A stretch of 39,975 bases of DNA, taken from NCBI GenBank assembly GCA_041613315.1, contig JBFJHJ010000030.1, forward strand, positions 1-39,975, in the 5' to 3' direction. The position numbers were made by a program, and so were the translations under genes. The notes under the pieces are model-generated. The model made no database searches. It was given only the letters and a program-made list of their open reading frames with translations, and was not told the DNA's origin. The stretch is from Gemmatimonadales bacterium. Lineage in GTDB: Bacteria; Gemmatimonadota; Gemmatimonadetes; Gemmatimonadales; GWC2-71-9. Every line of letters begins with the position of its first letter. Position 1 is the stretch's first letter. This document shows positions 1 to 8,338 of the stretch, piece by piece.

Positions 1-597
1 CACATCCCCGGTATTGTCGAGCCCATTGGCCTTGCCCTCGTACGCGGTATCCGCCTTCGACACGGAGCGCCAGTCCAGCACCACGCCGTTCACGATCAAG
101 CTGTCGTTGGATATCTCCCGATAGTAGGAGTGGATCGAGTAGGGCGGCGCGGCTTGGGTACCGTACAGCCGGCGCGCGATCGAGTCGCGCGGCAGGTTCG
201 CGGTGTCGAGCGGAGGGGTGTTCGCGTACATCACGAGGAACACGGGCACGGTCAGCGTACCGCGGAGTACCCCGCCCGCACTGACGTTCGCGCGCTGTGG
301 CGCGGCGGCCGCGCGGCCCGCGCCCGCGGCCCGCTGGCGTACCCGCGAGGCCGACACGGCCTGGCCGCGCTGCACCCAGCCGTTCTCGGTGGAGAACTGA
401 AACGCGTTCGGCTTCTGGCGGAGCGTTCGGTAGTAGCCGGCGGGCGGCGTCGCACCGCCGCGCAGGCGGCCCAGCGCTTCGACGTCGGTCTGGGCCGACA
501 ACGCGGGCGGGGACAGCACGGCAGCCCAGGCCGCGAGGACGGCGACCCGGCGTGCGCGGAGCGCAAGGACTTGGCGCGGCTGCAGATCACGTCTCAT
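1..597 (-). CDS. Secreted M6-family (immune inhibitor A-like) metalloprotease domain protein, N-terminal part; runs off the window start
   Basis: Read manually (not in the ORF track). ATG at 597 gives MRRDLQPRQVLALRARRVAVLAAWAAVLSPPALSAQ (signal peptide), then ...VPVFLVMYAN...YSIHSYYREISNDSLIVNGVVLDW...Y. This resembles the region preceding the catalytic motif in M6 domains. The frame is open to position 1, so the HExxH motif is not visible. Confidence 0.6.
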   Translation of the reverse strand, partial: MRRDLQPRQVLALRARRVAVLAAWAAVLSPPALSAQTDVEALGRLRGGATPPAGYYRTLRQKPNAFQFSTENGWVQRGQAVSASRVRQRAAGAGRAAAAPQRANVSAGGVLRGTLTVPVFLVMYANTPPLDTANLPRDSIARRLYGTQAAPPYSIHSYYREISNDSLIVNGVVLDWRSVSKADTAYEGKANGLDNTGDV

Positions 598-677
598 GAC
601 TGATCCGAACCTAAGCGGGACGCCCGTCGGCGGCGGTGTGCTGTGTCACGGGGCACGGTGCGCAGGCGTCCGCCGGC

Positions 678-1385
678 TCAGAATCGGATCTCGTGGACGA
701 TGAGGGCGCTCGCGGTGCCAAGCGCGGCACCCGCGACCACGTCGGAGGGGAAGTGCTTGGCGGCCGCGACGCGCAGCATGGCCACGCCGGCGGCGGACGA
801 CAGCGCGGCAATGCGGAGCGGCAGGCTCCGGTCCCGGCCGTCGAGCCAGTAGCTGACACCGATGGCGAATGCAGCCGCGGCGTGGCCCGAGGGGAACGAC
901 CGGCGGCTCTCGAGATGGCCGACCGCACCAAGGGCATCGTCGGTATAGAGGACGGGACGGTTGCGGGCCGTGAGCGCTTTGGTCAGTTCGGCCGCGGCGA
1001 TCGCCCACGACGCGGCCTCGATCGTCGCGGCGGTGCGCCGGACGCCGGCGCGCTCCAGCCCCCGGGACCACACGGTGGCGCCGGCGAGCGCCGCGAGCGT
1101 TACGGTGCTCACGATCGATAGGTCGTTGTGCACGGGTCGGATCGCCCAGCGGTCGAACGCTGGGACGCCGCCCGGATCGCAGGGGGCACAGGAAGGGGGA
1201 CCGTCGTGGATGTGGAGGATGCGAGGTGCGGCATACGCGAGCCCGCTGCCGGCGACCGATGCCACCGTGCCATAGCCGACGGGGGTCGAGTCGGCGCGTT
1301 CCTGGGCAGCGGCGGGAGCGACTAAGCCGCACCAGAACAGCAAGATAGCCCAAGCTGGCCCGGCCTTGTGTCGGGGCCTGGTCAG
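678..1385 (-). CDS. PAP2-family (type 2 phosphatidic acid/lipid phosphate) phosphatase with signal peptide
   Basis: All three PAP2 motifs: KALTARNRP, SFPSGH, LRVAAAKHFPSD. Start uncertain (CTG 1385 or TTG 1343); the ORF-track start at 1499 overlaps spt. Confidence 0.85.
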   Translation of the reverse strand: MTRPRHKAGPAWAILLFWCGLVAPAAAQERADSTPVGYGTVASVAGSGLAYAAPRILHIHDGPPSCAPCDPGGVPAFDRWAIRPVHNDLSIVSTVTLAALAGATVWSRGLERAGVRRTAATIEAASWAIAAAELTKALTARNRPVLYTDDALGAVGHLESRRSFPSGHAAAAFAIGVSYWLDGRDRSLPLRIAALSSAAGVAMLRVAAAKHFPSDVVAGAALGTASALIVHEIRF

Positions 1386-1386
1386 C

Positions 1387-1402
1387 GGTACTATCGTAGA
1401 CT
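1387..1402. promoter_or_regulatory. Possible bidirectional -10 core between the divergent PAP2 and spt genes
   Basis: Short AT-richer core GTACTATCGTAGACT with TACTAT/TAGACT on + and TACGAT on -. No clear -35 element. Confidence 0.25.
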
Positions 1403-1458
1403 CCAAAGCGCCGGGGGCGCCGGCGCCGGGACGTTCACTTCTTGCCCGCTGAGGACTC

Positions 1459-2661
1459 GTGGACACGCAGACTCTCCAGCAAGTCGCCCTGTTTGCCAAG
1501 TGTAAGAACTATACCAAAGCCCGCGAAGTCCAGGCGGCCGGTTTGTATCCGTACTTCAAGCCGATCTCGAAGTCCGAAGACACGGTCGTCGTCATCGAGG
1601 GCAGAGAGCGGATCATGATGGGGTCCAACAACTACTTGGGCCTCACCCATCATCCCAAGGTACTCGAGGCGGCGAAGAACGCGTTGGAGCGCTACGGGTC
1701 TGGCTGCACGGGGAGCCGGTTTCTGAACGGCACGCTCGACCTTCACGAACTGCTCGAGGCGCGCCTCGCCGAGTTCTTCGGCAAGGAGTCCGCGCTCGTG
1801 TTCTCCACGGGTTACCAGGCCAACCTCGGCCTCATTTCCTGCCTCGTGGGTCGCGGCGACATCGTACTCATCGACAAGCTCGACCACGCGTCCATCGTTG
1901 ACGGGGCGAAGATGGCGTTCGGGGAGACGGTGCGCTTCGGGCACGGCAACCTGGAGCAGTTAGAACGCCTGCTGCACAAGCACCAGCAGCGCGGGCAACT
2001 GATCGTCGTGGACGGCGTGTACTCCATGGAGGGCGACATCGCCGATGTCCCCCGCATCCTCAAGCTCGCTCAGCGCTATGGGGCGGCCTTCGCCGTCGAC
2101 GACGCGCACTCGGTCGGCGTCCTCGGCCCTCGCGGCGACGGCACCGCCGCGCACTTTGGCCTGGTGGACGAGGTGGACATCATCGTGGGCACGTTCTCCA
2201 AGTCGCTGGCGTCCATCGGCGGGTTTGTCGCAGCCTCCGAGGGGGTGATTCACTTCCTCAAGCACAACAGTCGGCCCCTGATGTTCACGGCCGCGCTCCC
2301 GCCCGCCAACACCGCCGGCGTGATCGCGGCCCTCGACGTGTTGCAGCAGGAGCCCGAGCGCCGCGCGCGCCTGTGGGCGAACACGCGCCGCTTCCAGGAA
2401 GGCTGCCGGAGCCTCGGGTTCGACATCGGACCGACCGAAACGCCGATCATTCCGGTCCTGATCGGCACCCTGGAAAAGACCTTCATGTTCTGGCGTCGGC
2501 TGTTCGAAGGCGGCGTGTTCACGAATCCGGTCGTGCCCCCAGCCGTGCCGCCCGACCAATGCCGGCTGCGGACGTCGCTCATCGCCACCCACACCCCCGA
2601 CCAGATCGATCACGCCCTGGAGACGCTGGGCCGGCTCGGCAAGGAGATGGGGGTCATTTGA
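1459..2661 (+). CDS. spt: Serine palmitoyltransferase-like PLP-dependent alpha-oxoamine synthase
   Basis: [30 protein letters not shown] and PLP-lysine motif [13 protein letters not shown]-terminus GLYPYF is typical of bacterial Spt. SD GAGGA precedes the GTG. Followed by a bCerS-like gene. Confidence 0.85.
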   Translation: MDTQTLQQVALFAKCKNYTKAREVQAAGLYPYFKPISKSEDTVVVIEGRERIMMGSNNYLGLTHHPKVLEAAKNALERYGSGCTGSRFLNGTLDLHELLEARLAEFFGKESALVFSTGYQANLGLISCLVGRGDIVLIDKLDHASIVDGAKMAFGETVRFGHGNLEQLERLLHKHQQRGQLIVVDGVYSMEGDIADVPRILKLAQRYGAAFAVDDAHSVGVLGPRGDGTAAHFGLVDEVDIIVGTFSKSLASIGGFVAASEGVIHFLKHNSRPLMFTAALPPANTAGVIAALDVLQQEPERRARLWANTRRFQEGCRSLGFDIGPTETPIIPVLIGTLEKTFMFWRRLFEGGVFTNPVVPPAVPPDQCRLRTSLIATHTPDQIDHALETLGRLGKEMGVI

Positions 2662-3854
2662 CGCCGGAGGTGGTCGTGCGGCCGGTCACGACGGCCGCCG
2701 ACCTCGAACGGTTCATCGCCTTTCCGTACGCACTCCACCGGGGGGACCCGCTCTGGGTCCCCCAGTTGCGTATGAACGTCCGCACGCTCCTGTCACGCGA
2801 CAAGAACCCGTTCTTCACGCACGCCGACGCGGCGTACTTCCTGGCGCTCAGGCGGACCGGCGGACCGGCGCATCGTGGCGCCGTGTCCGAACGCCCGACC
2901 ACCTTACCTACCTCTCGCCGGGGTGGGGAGGTGTGGGAGACGGTGGGGCGGATCGCCGCGATCCACAACCGCGCCCACAACGCGTTCCACGAGGACACGG
3001 TCGGCTTCTTCGGCTGCTTCGAGTGCGTGGACGACCGGTCGGTAGCGGAGGCGCTGTTCGCCGCCGCGGCACAGTGGCTGAAGGAGCGCGGCCTCACGGT
3101 GATGCGGGGGCCGGCCTCGCTCTCCACCAATGACGAGTGCGGCCTCCTGGTGGAGGGCTTCGACACGCCACCGACCGTCCTCAATCCGCACAACCCCCGA
3201 TACTACGTCTCCCTCGCGGAGCGCACCGGCTTCACGAAGGCGATGGACCTCTATCAGTACCAGACGGTGAGCCCGCAGATTCCCGAGCGACTCCTCAAGG
3301 GCGCCCGTCGCATCGCGGAGCGCAAGAAGCTGACGCTCCGGCGCATCGACATGAAGCACTTCGCCGACGAGGTGGACCGGATCAAGTACATCTACAACGC
3401 GGCGTGGGAGCGCAACTGGGGCTTCGTGCCCATGTCCGACGCCGAGATCGACCACCTGGCCAAGCAGTTGAAGCCGGTGGTCGTGCCGGACCTCATCGTC
3501 TTTGTCGAACGGGAAGGCGAGCCGATCGGGTTCGCGGCGGCGCTGCCCGATCTCAACGTCGCGCTCAAGCGCAATCCGTCCGGCCGGCTGTTTCCGGGCA
3601 TCCTCAAGATCCTGTGGGCGGCCAGGAGCGTCACGCGCATCCGCATCTTGCTCTTGGGGCTCCTCAAGGACTACCGGCGCACCGGGGCCGACGCGCTCAT
3701 GTACCAGTGGATCTGGGAGAAGGGCTACGCCCTGGGGTACCGGTGGGCCGAGGCGGGCTGGATCCTCGAGAACAACATCGCGATGAAGAACGGCATCGAG
3801 GGTATCGGGTTCCAGCACTACAAGACACTGAGGATGTACGACCGCGCCCTGTGA
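2658..3854 (+). CDS. GNAT-fold acyltransferase, bacterial ceramide synthase (bCerS)-like
   Basis: TTG start overlaps the spt stop. Motifs FP..L..GDP.WVP.L...NPFF, GRIAAI, GFFG.FE, GP...[20 protein letters not shown] and GWILENN, plus position directly after spt. Confidence 0.8.
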   Translation: MTPEVVVRPVTTAADLERFIAFPYALHRGDPLWVPQLRMNVRTLLSRDKNPFFTHADAAYFLALRRTGGPAHRGAVSERPTTLPTSRRGGEVWETVGRIAAIHNRAHNAFHEDTVGFFGCFECVDDRSVAEALFAAAAQWLKERGLTVMRGPASLSTNDECGLLVEGFDTPPTVLNPHNPRYYVSLAERTGFTKAMDLYQYQTVSPQIPERLLKGARRIAERKKLTLRRIDMKHFADEVDRIKYIYNAAWERNWGFVPMSDAEIDHLAKQLKPVVVPDLIVFVEREGEPIGFAAALPDLNVALKRNPSGRLFPGILKILWAARSVTRIRILLLGLLKDYRRTGADALMYQWIWEKGYALGYRWAEAGWILENNIAMKNGIEGIGFQHYKTLRMYDRAL

Positions 3855-4846
3855 GGGTCTTCATCACCGGCGGCACCGGCTTCGTCGGCTCCCATCTCGT
3901 TGAGACATTGCGCGCCCGGGGCGACGAGGTCGTCTGTCTCGTCCGCGACCCCGCCAAATGCGCCCGCGTGTTCCCCGATCGTCCTCCGTTGAGCGTCGTC
4001 GGCACCCTGGCCGACGACGCCGCGCTGCGGGAGGGCCTCCGGGGCGCCGACATCGTGTTTCATCTCGCCGGTATCATCGCCGCGCGCAGCCGGGCCGAGT
4101 ACTTCACCGTCAACGCCGACGCGACGCGACACCTGGCCGCGCTCGCGGCCCGGGAGGCGCCCGCCACGCGATTCGTCTATGTGAGCAGCCTGGCGGCGGC
4201 GGGGCCGGTGACCCGCGGTCGCGTCCGCACGGAAGCCGAGCCACATGCTCCGGTGAGCGACTACGGGCGCAGCAAGCTCGCCGGTGAAGATGCCGTCCGG
4301 GAGAGCGGCGTTCCATGGACGATCGTGCGGCCGCCCACCGTCTACGGACCGCGTGACACCGAACTGGCGCGCGTGTTCAGCCTCGCCCGGTGGGGCGTGC
4401 TTCCGGTGTTCGGCGCTCCCCATCAGGAGCTGTCCGTGATCCACGCGCGGGATCTCGCCGCCGCTCTGGTGGCCGCCGCGGGCCCGCGCACCAGGGACCG
4501 CGTCTACTTCGCCACGCATCCCTCGATACTCACGGCACGTGAGCTGGTCGAGGCGATTTACCGCGCCGTCGCGCGCGCGCGTGGACGGGACGCCTCGAAG
4601 CGACCGGCGGTCGTGCCACTGCCCGCGTGGTTCACGCGGGCGGCGCTTGCCGTCACGGGGGCGGCCGCCCGACTGGCCGGGCGCTCGACGGTGCTCTCCT
4701 CCGACAAGGGAAACGAATTCCTGGCCGAGGCCTGGACGTGCTCGCCGGAGGCGCTCGGCCGGGACACGGGATGGACGGCCGGCATCGACCACCAGTCGGG
4801 ACTCGACGAAACGGCCCGCTGGTACCGCGAGCACGGCATTCTGTGA
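3851..4846 (+). CDS. NAD(P)-dependent epimerase/dehydratase (extended SDR); candidate ceramide/3-ketosphinganine reductase
   Basis: GTGA overlap. VFITGGTGFVG Rossmann motif, YVSS, catalytic YGRSK, RPPTVYGP. Confidence 0.85.
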   Translation: MRVFITGGTGFVGSHLVETLRARGDEVVCLVRDPAKCARVFPDRPPLSVVGTLADDAALREGLRGADIVFHLAGIIAARSRAEYFTVNADATRHLAALAAREAPATRFVYVSSLAAAGPVTRGRVRTEAEPHAPVSDYGRSKLAGEDAVRESGVPWTIVRPPTVYGPRDTELARVFSLARWGVLPVFGAPHQELSVIHARDLAAALVAAAGPRTRDRVYFATHPSILTARELVEAIYRAVARARGRDASKRPAVVPLPAWFTRAALAVTGAAARLAGRSTVLSSDKGNEFLAEAWTCSPEALGRDTGWTAGIDHQSGLDETARWYREHGIL

Positions 4847-5733
4847 GAGCGGTGGACAAGCTGATCGCCGGATACGTCGTATTCGTCACGGCGGTGATCG
4901 TCCTGCGCGGCGGGCTCGCCACGCCGGCGAACTGGTGGCTGCTGGGGATGCACGGCCTGATCGGGCTGCTCCTCTATCTGTTCACGCGGCTCGGGCCGGA
5001 CGCCCGTGCGGGCCGGTTCCTTCACGACGTATACCCGCTGATCCTCCTCGTGCCGCTCTACGGCGAGATCGGGGTGCTCAGCGTTCAGCTCGGCGTCGAC
5101 AGCACGTTCGCCCGAGACGCCATCGTGCAGCGCTGGGAGGCCACGCTCTTCGGCGGCCAGGTCTCCCACGACTGGATCCGCCGGGCGCCATCGGTATTCT
5201 GGTCCGGATTGTTGCATCTGGCGTACTTCGCCTACTACCCGATCGTGACGCTGGGCCCAATCCTTCTCATCGTGCGGGGTCGGCGCAGCGCGGCGCGTCG
5301 AGTGCTGCTGGCGACGATGCTGGCGTTCGTGATGTGCTACGTGATCTTCGTGCTCTTTCCAGTCGCGGGCCCGAACTACGCCTTCCCGCACCCCACCGGC
5401 GCCGTGCGCGACGTGTGGAGCGCCCGCCTGGTGTACGCGGTCCTGGCAGGAGGCTCGTCGTTCGGGGCCGCCTTTCCGTCGTCGCACGTGGCGGCGACGC
5501 TCGCCTCCGTGGGAGCGCTGGCCCGTGAGTGGCGCGGCCTCGCGGCGGGCTTCGCACTCCCGGCGCTCCTCCTCACGCTGGGCACCGTGTACTGCCAGAT
5601 GCATTACGCCGTGGACGCGCTGAGCGGTGTCGCGGTGGGCGCGCTCTCGGTGTGGGCGGGTACGAAGCTGGCGGCGTCGGAACATCCCGCGGAGGAGCGG
5701 CGGCACGATCCGTCGCCGCCCCACGCCGCGTGA
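4843..5733 (+). CDS. Multi-TM PAP2_3 / Aur1-like (inositol-phosphorylceramide synthase-like) protein
   Basis: GTGA overlap; roughly 6-8 hydrophobic segments. FPVAGP, GAAFPSSHV and TVYCQMHYAVD resemble the Aur1 catalytic motifs; the KxxxxxxRP motif is absent. Confidence 0.7.
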   Translation: MRAVDKLIAGYVVFVTAVIVLRGGLATPANWWLLGMHGLIGLLLYLFTRLGPDARAGRFLHDVYPLILLVPLYGEIGVLSVQLGVDSTFARDAIVQRWEATLFGGQVSHDWIRRAPSVFWSGLLHLAYFAYYPIVTLGPILLIVRGRRSAARRVLLATMLAFVMCYVIFVLFPVAGPNYAFPHPTGAVRDVWSARLVYAVLAGGSSFGAAFPSSHVAATLASVGALAREWRGLAAGFALPALLLTLGTVYCQMHYAVDALSGVAVGALSVWAGTKLAASEHPAEERRHDPSPPHAA

Positions 5734-5735
5734 GG

Positions 5736-6863
5736 TCACTCGTGATGATGTTCCGCCGTAGCCGCGGGCGCGCCGCCCGACGCAATCTCGGCGTACGTGC
5801 CTCGCACCTGTTGCAGGTAGTGCTGGCGGTCAAGCGCGTAGAGGGGGTCCGCCGCGTTCGCCCAGGGCCACATCCGAGCCGTGGACGGCATGAAGACACC
5901 ACCCACGACGCCCATCCCCCCTGCCACCAAGGTGTCGCCCGTCGGGTTCTCGTACGTCACGCTCACCCGGTACGTGTGCTCGGGAACGATCTTGACGCCG
6001 AGCGTCCGGTACAGCCGGCCCAACGTCACGCCGACGAGTCGACCCTCCGCGTCCTCGATCGGGTAGCCGGTCCACAGCACCTCGCCCGTCGTGACATTCT
6101 CGAACGTGATGTTCTCGGCGTACTCATGTAGGTGCCCACCGATGGCCATGACCCGCCCGGGCATCGACGGGCTGGCCTCGTAGGAGCGAGTGGAGCGCCC
6201 GGGCGGCAGATCGAAGGACTTGTCGCCCGCCGGGAAGGCCACGTCGAGTTGGAACGGGAACACCGAGAGGAGCGGCCAGGGCCGCCCAGCCTCCACATAG
6301 TGGAGATCGACGTGCACCGTGACACCCGTGTATGAGCTGGACGTCGGATTGTGCAGCATCGCGGACACCACCATCCGCGTCCCCGCCGGGACCGGATACC
6401 CGAGCAGGAGCCAGGGCATGGACTGCGATCCGGTCTCCTTGCCTACCGCGAGCATCCGCTGAGAAATCGGGAGGAAGAGCTCTCGCCGGTCGGGATTGAT
6501 CAGGTTCAAGTGGTGGATCAGTGCGCGGGGCAGCTGGCGCCCCTCGCTGTCCACCACCTCGTAGCTGAAGCCCGTCAGGTACCCGCTCGCCGGCACCGTG
6601 ACCGTCGTGATGGGCGGGAAGATCGCCCCGCCGTGCACGGCGTGCGGGTCGTGGGAGTGGGAGGCCGCCGCTTCCCCCGGGCCGGCCAAGATGTCCATCG
6701 GTCCAATTACCACGCGATGCACGCCGCGGGCCGGGTCGTTCTCGAGGCGTACCGTCGGCGTCTGACTCGCCGCCGCCGTCGTGAGCGCGGCGATCATGAC
6801 TCCGAGCGCGACCGTGGCGCGGGCGATTGCACGCATCGTCATTCCGTTTGTAGTGGTACTCAC
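5736..6863 (-). CDS. Secreted hypothetical protein with PHM/DBM-like (copper type II monooxygenase) ligand pattern
   Basis: GTG at 6863 overlaps the upstream stop, with SD GGAGG. Signal peptide ...AAAS. Motifs IHHLNL, MLHNP, GGHLH, YENPTG...GGMG; His-rich N- and C-termini. Confidence 0.6.
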   Translation of the reverse strand: MSTTTNGMTMRAIARATVALGVMIAALTTAAASQTPTVRLENDPARGVHRVVIGPMDILAGPGEAAASHSHDPHAVHGGAIFPPITTVTVPASGYLTGFSYEVVDSEGRQLPRALIHHLNLINPDRRELFLPISQRMLAVGKETGSQSMPWLLLGYPVPAGTRMVVSAMLHNPTSSSYTGVTVHVDLHYVEAGRPWPLLSVFPFQLDVAFPAGDKSFDLPPGRSTRSYEASPSMPGRVMAIGGHLHEYAENITFENVTTGEVLWTGYPIEDAEGRLVGVTLGRLYRTLGVKIVPEHTYRVSVTYENPTGDTLVAGGMGVVGGVFMPSTARMWPWANAADPLYALDRQHYLQQVRGTYAEIASGGAPAATAEHHHE

Positions 6864-7579
6864 GTTGTCATCCCTCCAGAGATTCCGCCGGGCGCGAGCG
6901 TCGCTAGGCGCGCCGGCCGCCGCTGCCGCCACGCCCTCACACGCCAGATCACCAAGGCGATGGCTACCGATGCCGCCGCGATGCTTGCGAGCACGCCGGT
7001 GGAGACTTTCCACCAGACGCCGAGCGCCGCGAAGAACCACAAGCGGGGGAAGCGACCCAGCAGCGTGGCCAACAGGTGCCGCCGCACGTCGTACCCGGCG
7101 AGCGGCGATATGAACCGGACGGCCCAATACGGCAAGATGGACCAGCTACAGAGCCAGACCGTGAAGAAAGGCGCGCGATTGAACCACGACAGCACCCGCT
7201 TGACCACGCCGCCCTGCCGAACGTGCTGGAGCGCATCGAATCCCAGCACGCGGCGATAGAGGTGGTAGTTCAAGTACTCGACGTACAGAGTGCCCGCGGT
7301 GCCCACCACGGCCACGAGCAGCGGCGCGTAGGCCCGGCCGAACAGCATGAGAATGGGTTCGTAGGTCGACGGGAGAAGGGGGGCGATCGGGCCGTTGACC
7401 CACATCGTCACCAGGGCGAACCCGACCATCCCGCCGGCGCTCGGCACAAGCACGGTGAGCGGGATCGCGAGCAGCGCCAGTACGCCCGACCCCCGCAGGA
7501 CGCCATCCCAGGTCTCGTTGCCGTAGCGCCGCCGGAACCACACGTCGACGAGGCGGCGAGCCATCCCCTCAACCGTCAT
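6860..7579 (-). CDS. DedA/VTT (SNARE-associated-like) family membrane protein
   Basis: Hydrophobic helices with P.LP..YE and G..G...NY.L.R segments, and a C-terminal LLATLLGRFPR motif typical of DedA/TVP38/YqaA proteins. Confidence 0.65.
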   Translation of the reverse strand: MTVEGMARRLVDVWFRRRYGNETWDGVLRGSGVLALLAIPLTVLVPSAGGMVGFALVTMWVNGPIAPLLPSTYEPILMLFGRAYAPLLVAVVGTAGTLYVEYLNYHLYRRVLGFDALQHVRQGGVVKRVLSWFNRAPFFTVWLCSWSILPYWAVRFISPLAGYDVRRHLLATLLGRFPRLWFFAALGVWWKVSTGVLASIAAASVAIALVIWRVRAWRQRRPARLATLAPGGISGGMTT

Positions 7580-7596
7580 GTCGGTCCAACCAACAA

Positions 7597-7633
7597 CGGG
7601 GAGTCGCACCCGTCAACCCGGCGCGACTCCCCG
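7597..7633 (-). terminator. Intrinsic terminator/attenuator hairpin between the cupredoxin and DedA genes
   Basis: Perfect 11-bp stem CGGGGAGTCGC (7597-7607) / GCGACTCCCCG (7623-7633), followed on the - strand by TTGTTGGTT. Confidence 0.65.
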
Positions 7634-7657
7634 AGCGTTCCCGCCCCGAAACACACG

Positions 7658-8146
7658 CTACGGCTGAATAGTCAGCGTTGCCTTCATGCCCAACGCCAGA
7701 TGAGGCGTGCAGTAATACTTGTATGTCCCCGCCGGCGCTCCGTCGAACATCATTTCGTACATCTGCTGAGGCTGCGTCAGGAGCCGCCCACTGAGAGCGG
7801 CCAGCTTCTGGGCATCGCCCGCGAACTTGCCCTGCAGATAACTCCGGGCGGCCTGTGGCACGCTGTCGGGCCAGAACGCCACGTTGTGTGGGAAGCCGCT
7901 CACGTTGAGCCACCGGACCGTGTCGCCCGGCTTGATCGTGAGCGCGGCCGGCCGATAGACGTACGCACCGGCGTCGGTGAGAAGCATCTCGACCGAGTGC
8001 ACCGTGCCGGTGCCCGCCGCCGCCGGCTGTGCCGCGGCCGCCGCCGCCGGCTGCTGTGCGTCACTGGCCGGACTCCGCTCCGCCGCCTGCTCCCCACCAC
8101 CGCACGCGATCGCGAACACCGCCAGCGCCGCCATGGACTTACGCAT
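7658..8146 (-). CDS. Plastocyanin/azurin-family blue copper lipoprotein (cupredoxin)
   Basis: Lipobox AIAC, Ala/Gln/Pro linker, GDTVRW, PHNV and YCTPHLALGM (type-1 Cu ligands His, Cys, His, Met). SD GGAGG at 8156-8160. Confidence 0.93.
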   Translation of the reverse strand: MRKSMAALAVFAIACGGGEQAAERSPASDAQQPAAAAAAQPAAAGTGTVHSVEMLLTDAGAYVYRPAALTIKPGDTVRWLNVSGFPHNVAFWPDSVPQAARSYLQGKFAGDAQKLAALSGRLLTQPQQMYEMMFDGAPAGTYKYYCTPHLALGMKATLTIQP

Positions 8147-8235
8147 GAACATCATCCTCCTCGCTTGATTTCCGCGTCGGCGCCGTACGCCGGCCCGACG
8201 ACAATTCTGCCGGTCACGCCGGCCGGACAATTGGC

Positions 8236-8253
8236 TTGTGAAACTGTTCACAA
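8236..8253. promoter_or_regulatory. Rex operator (NADH/NAD+ redox-sensing repressor site)
   Basis: TTGTGAA-ACTG-TTCACAA exactly matches the Rex consensus TTGTGAANNNNTTCACAA, an AT-rich palindrome in GC-rich DNA, between two divergent genes. Confidence 0.8.
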
Positions 8254-8338
8254 ATGTAAACGGCTGCCACGGTGATGGAAGGGGGCCGCCGACGAGCGCC
8301 TTGCTTTTTCGCGAGAATCAAAGAACTTCAGGGCGCTT

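Noticed and set aside
644..670. TGTCACG-N16-CGTC, resembling an ECF41-type promoter
   Set aside because: It points into the 3' end of the minus-strand PAP2 gene with no sense gene downstream; likely chance, though an antisense RNA cannot be excluded.
1459..2661. Alternative call as BioF (8-amino-7-oxononanoate synthase) or Kbl
   Set aside because: No bio or tdh genes nearby; the GTFSKS motif and coupling to a bCerS-like gene favour Spt.
8010..8060. GCC-rich quasi-repeat in the cupredoxin gene
   Set aside because: It simply encodes the Ala/Gln/Pro linker (QQPAAAAAAQPAAAG).
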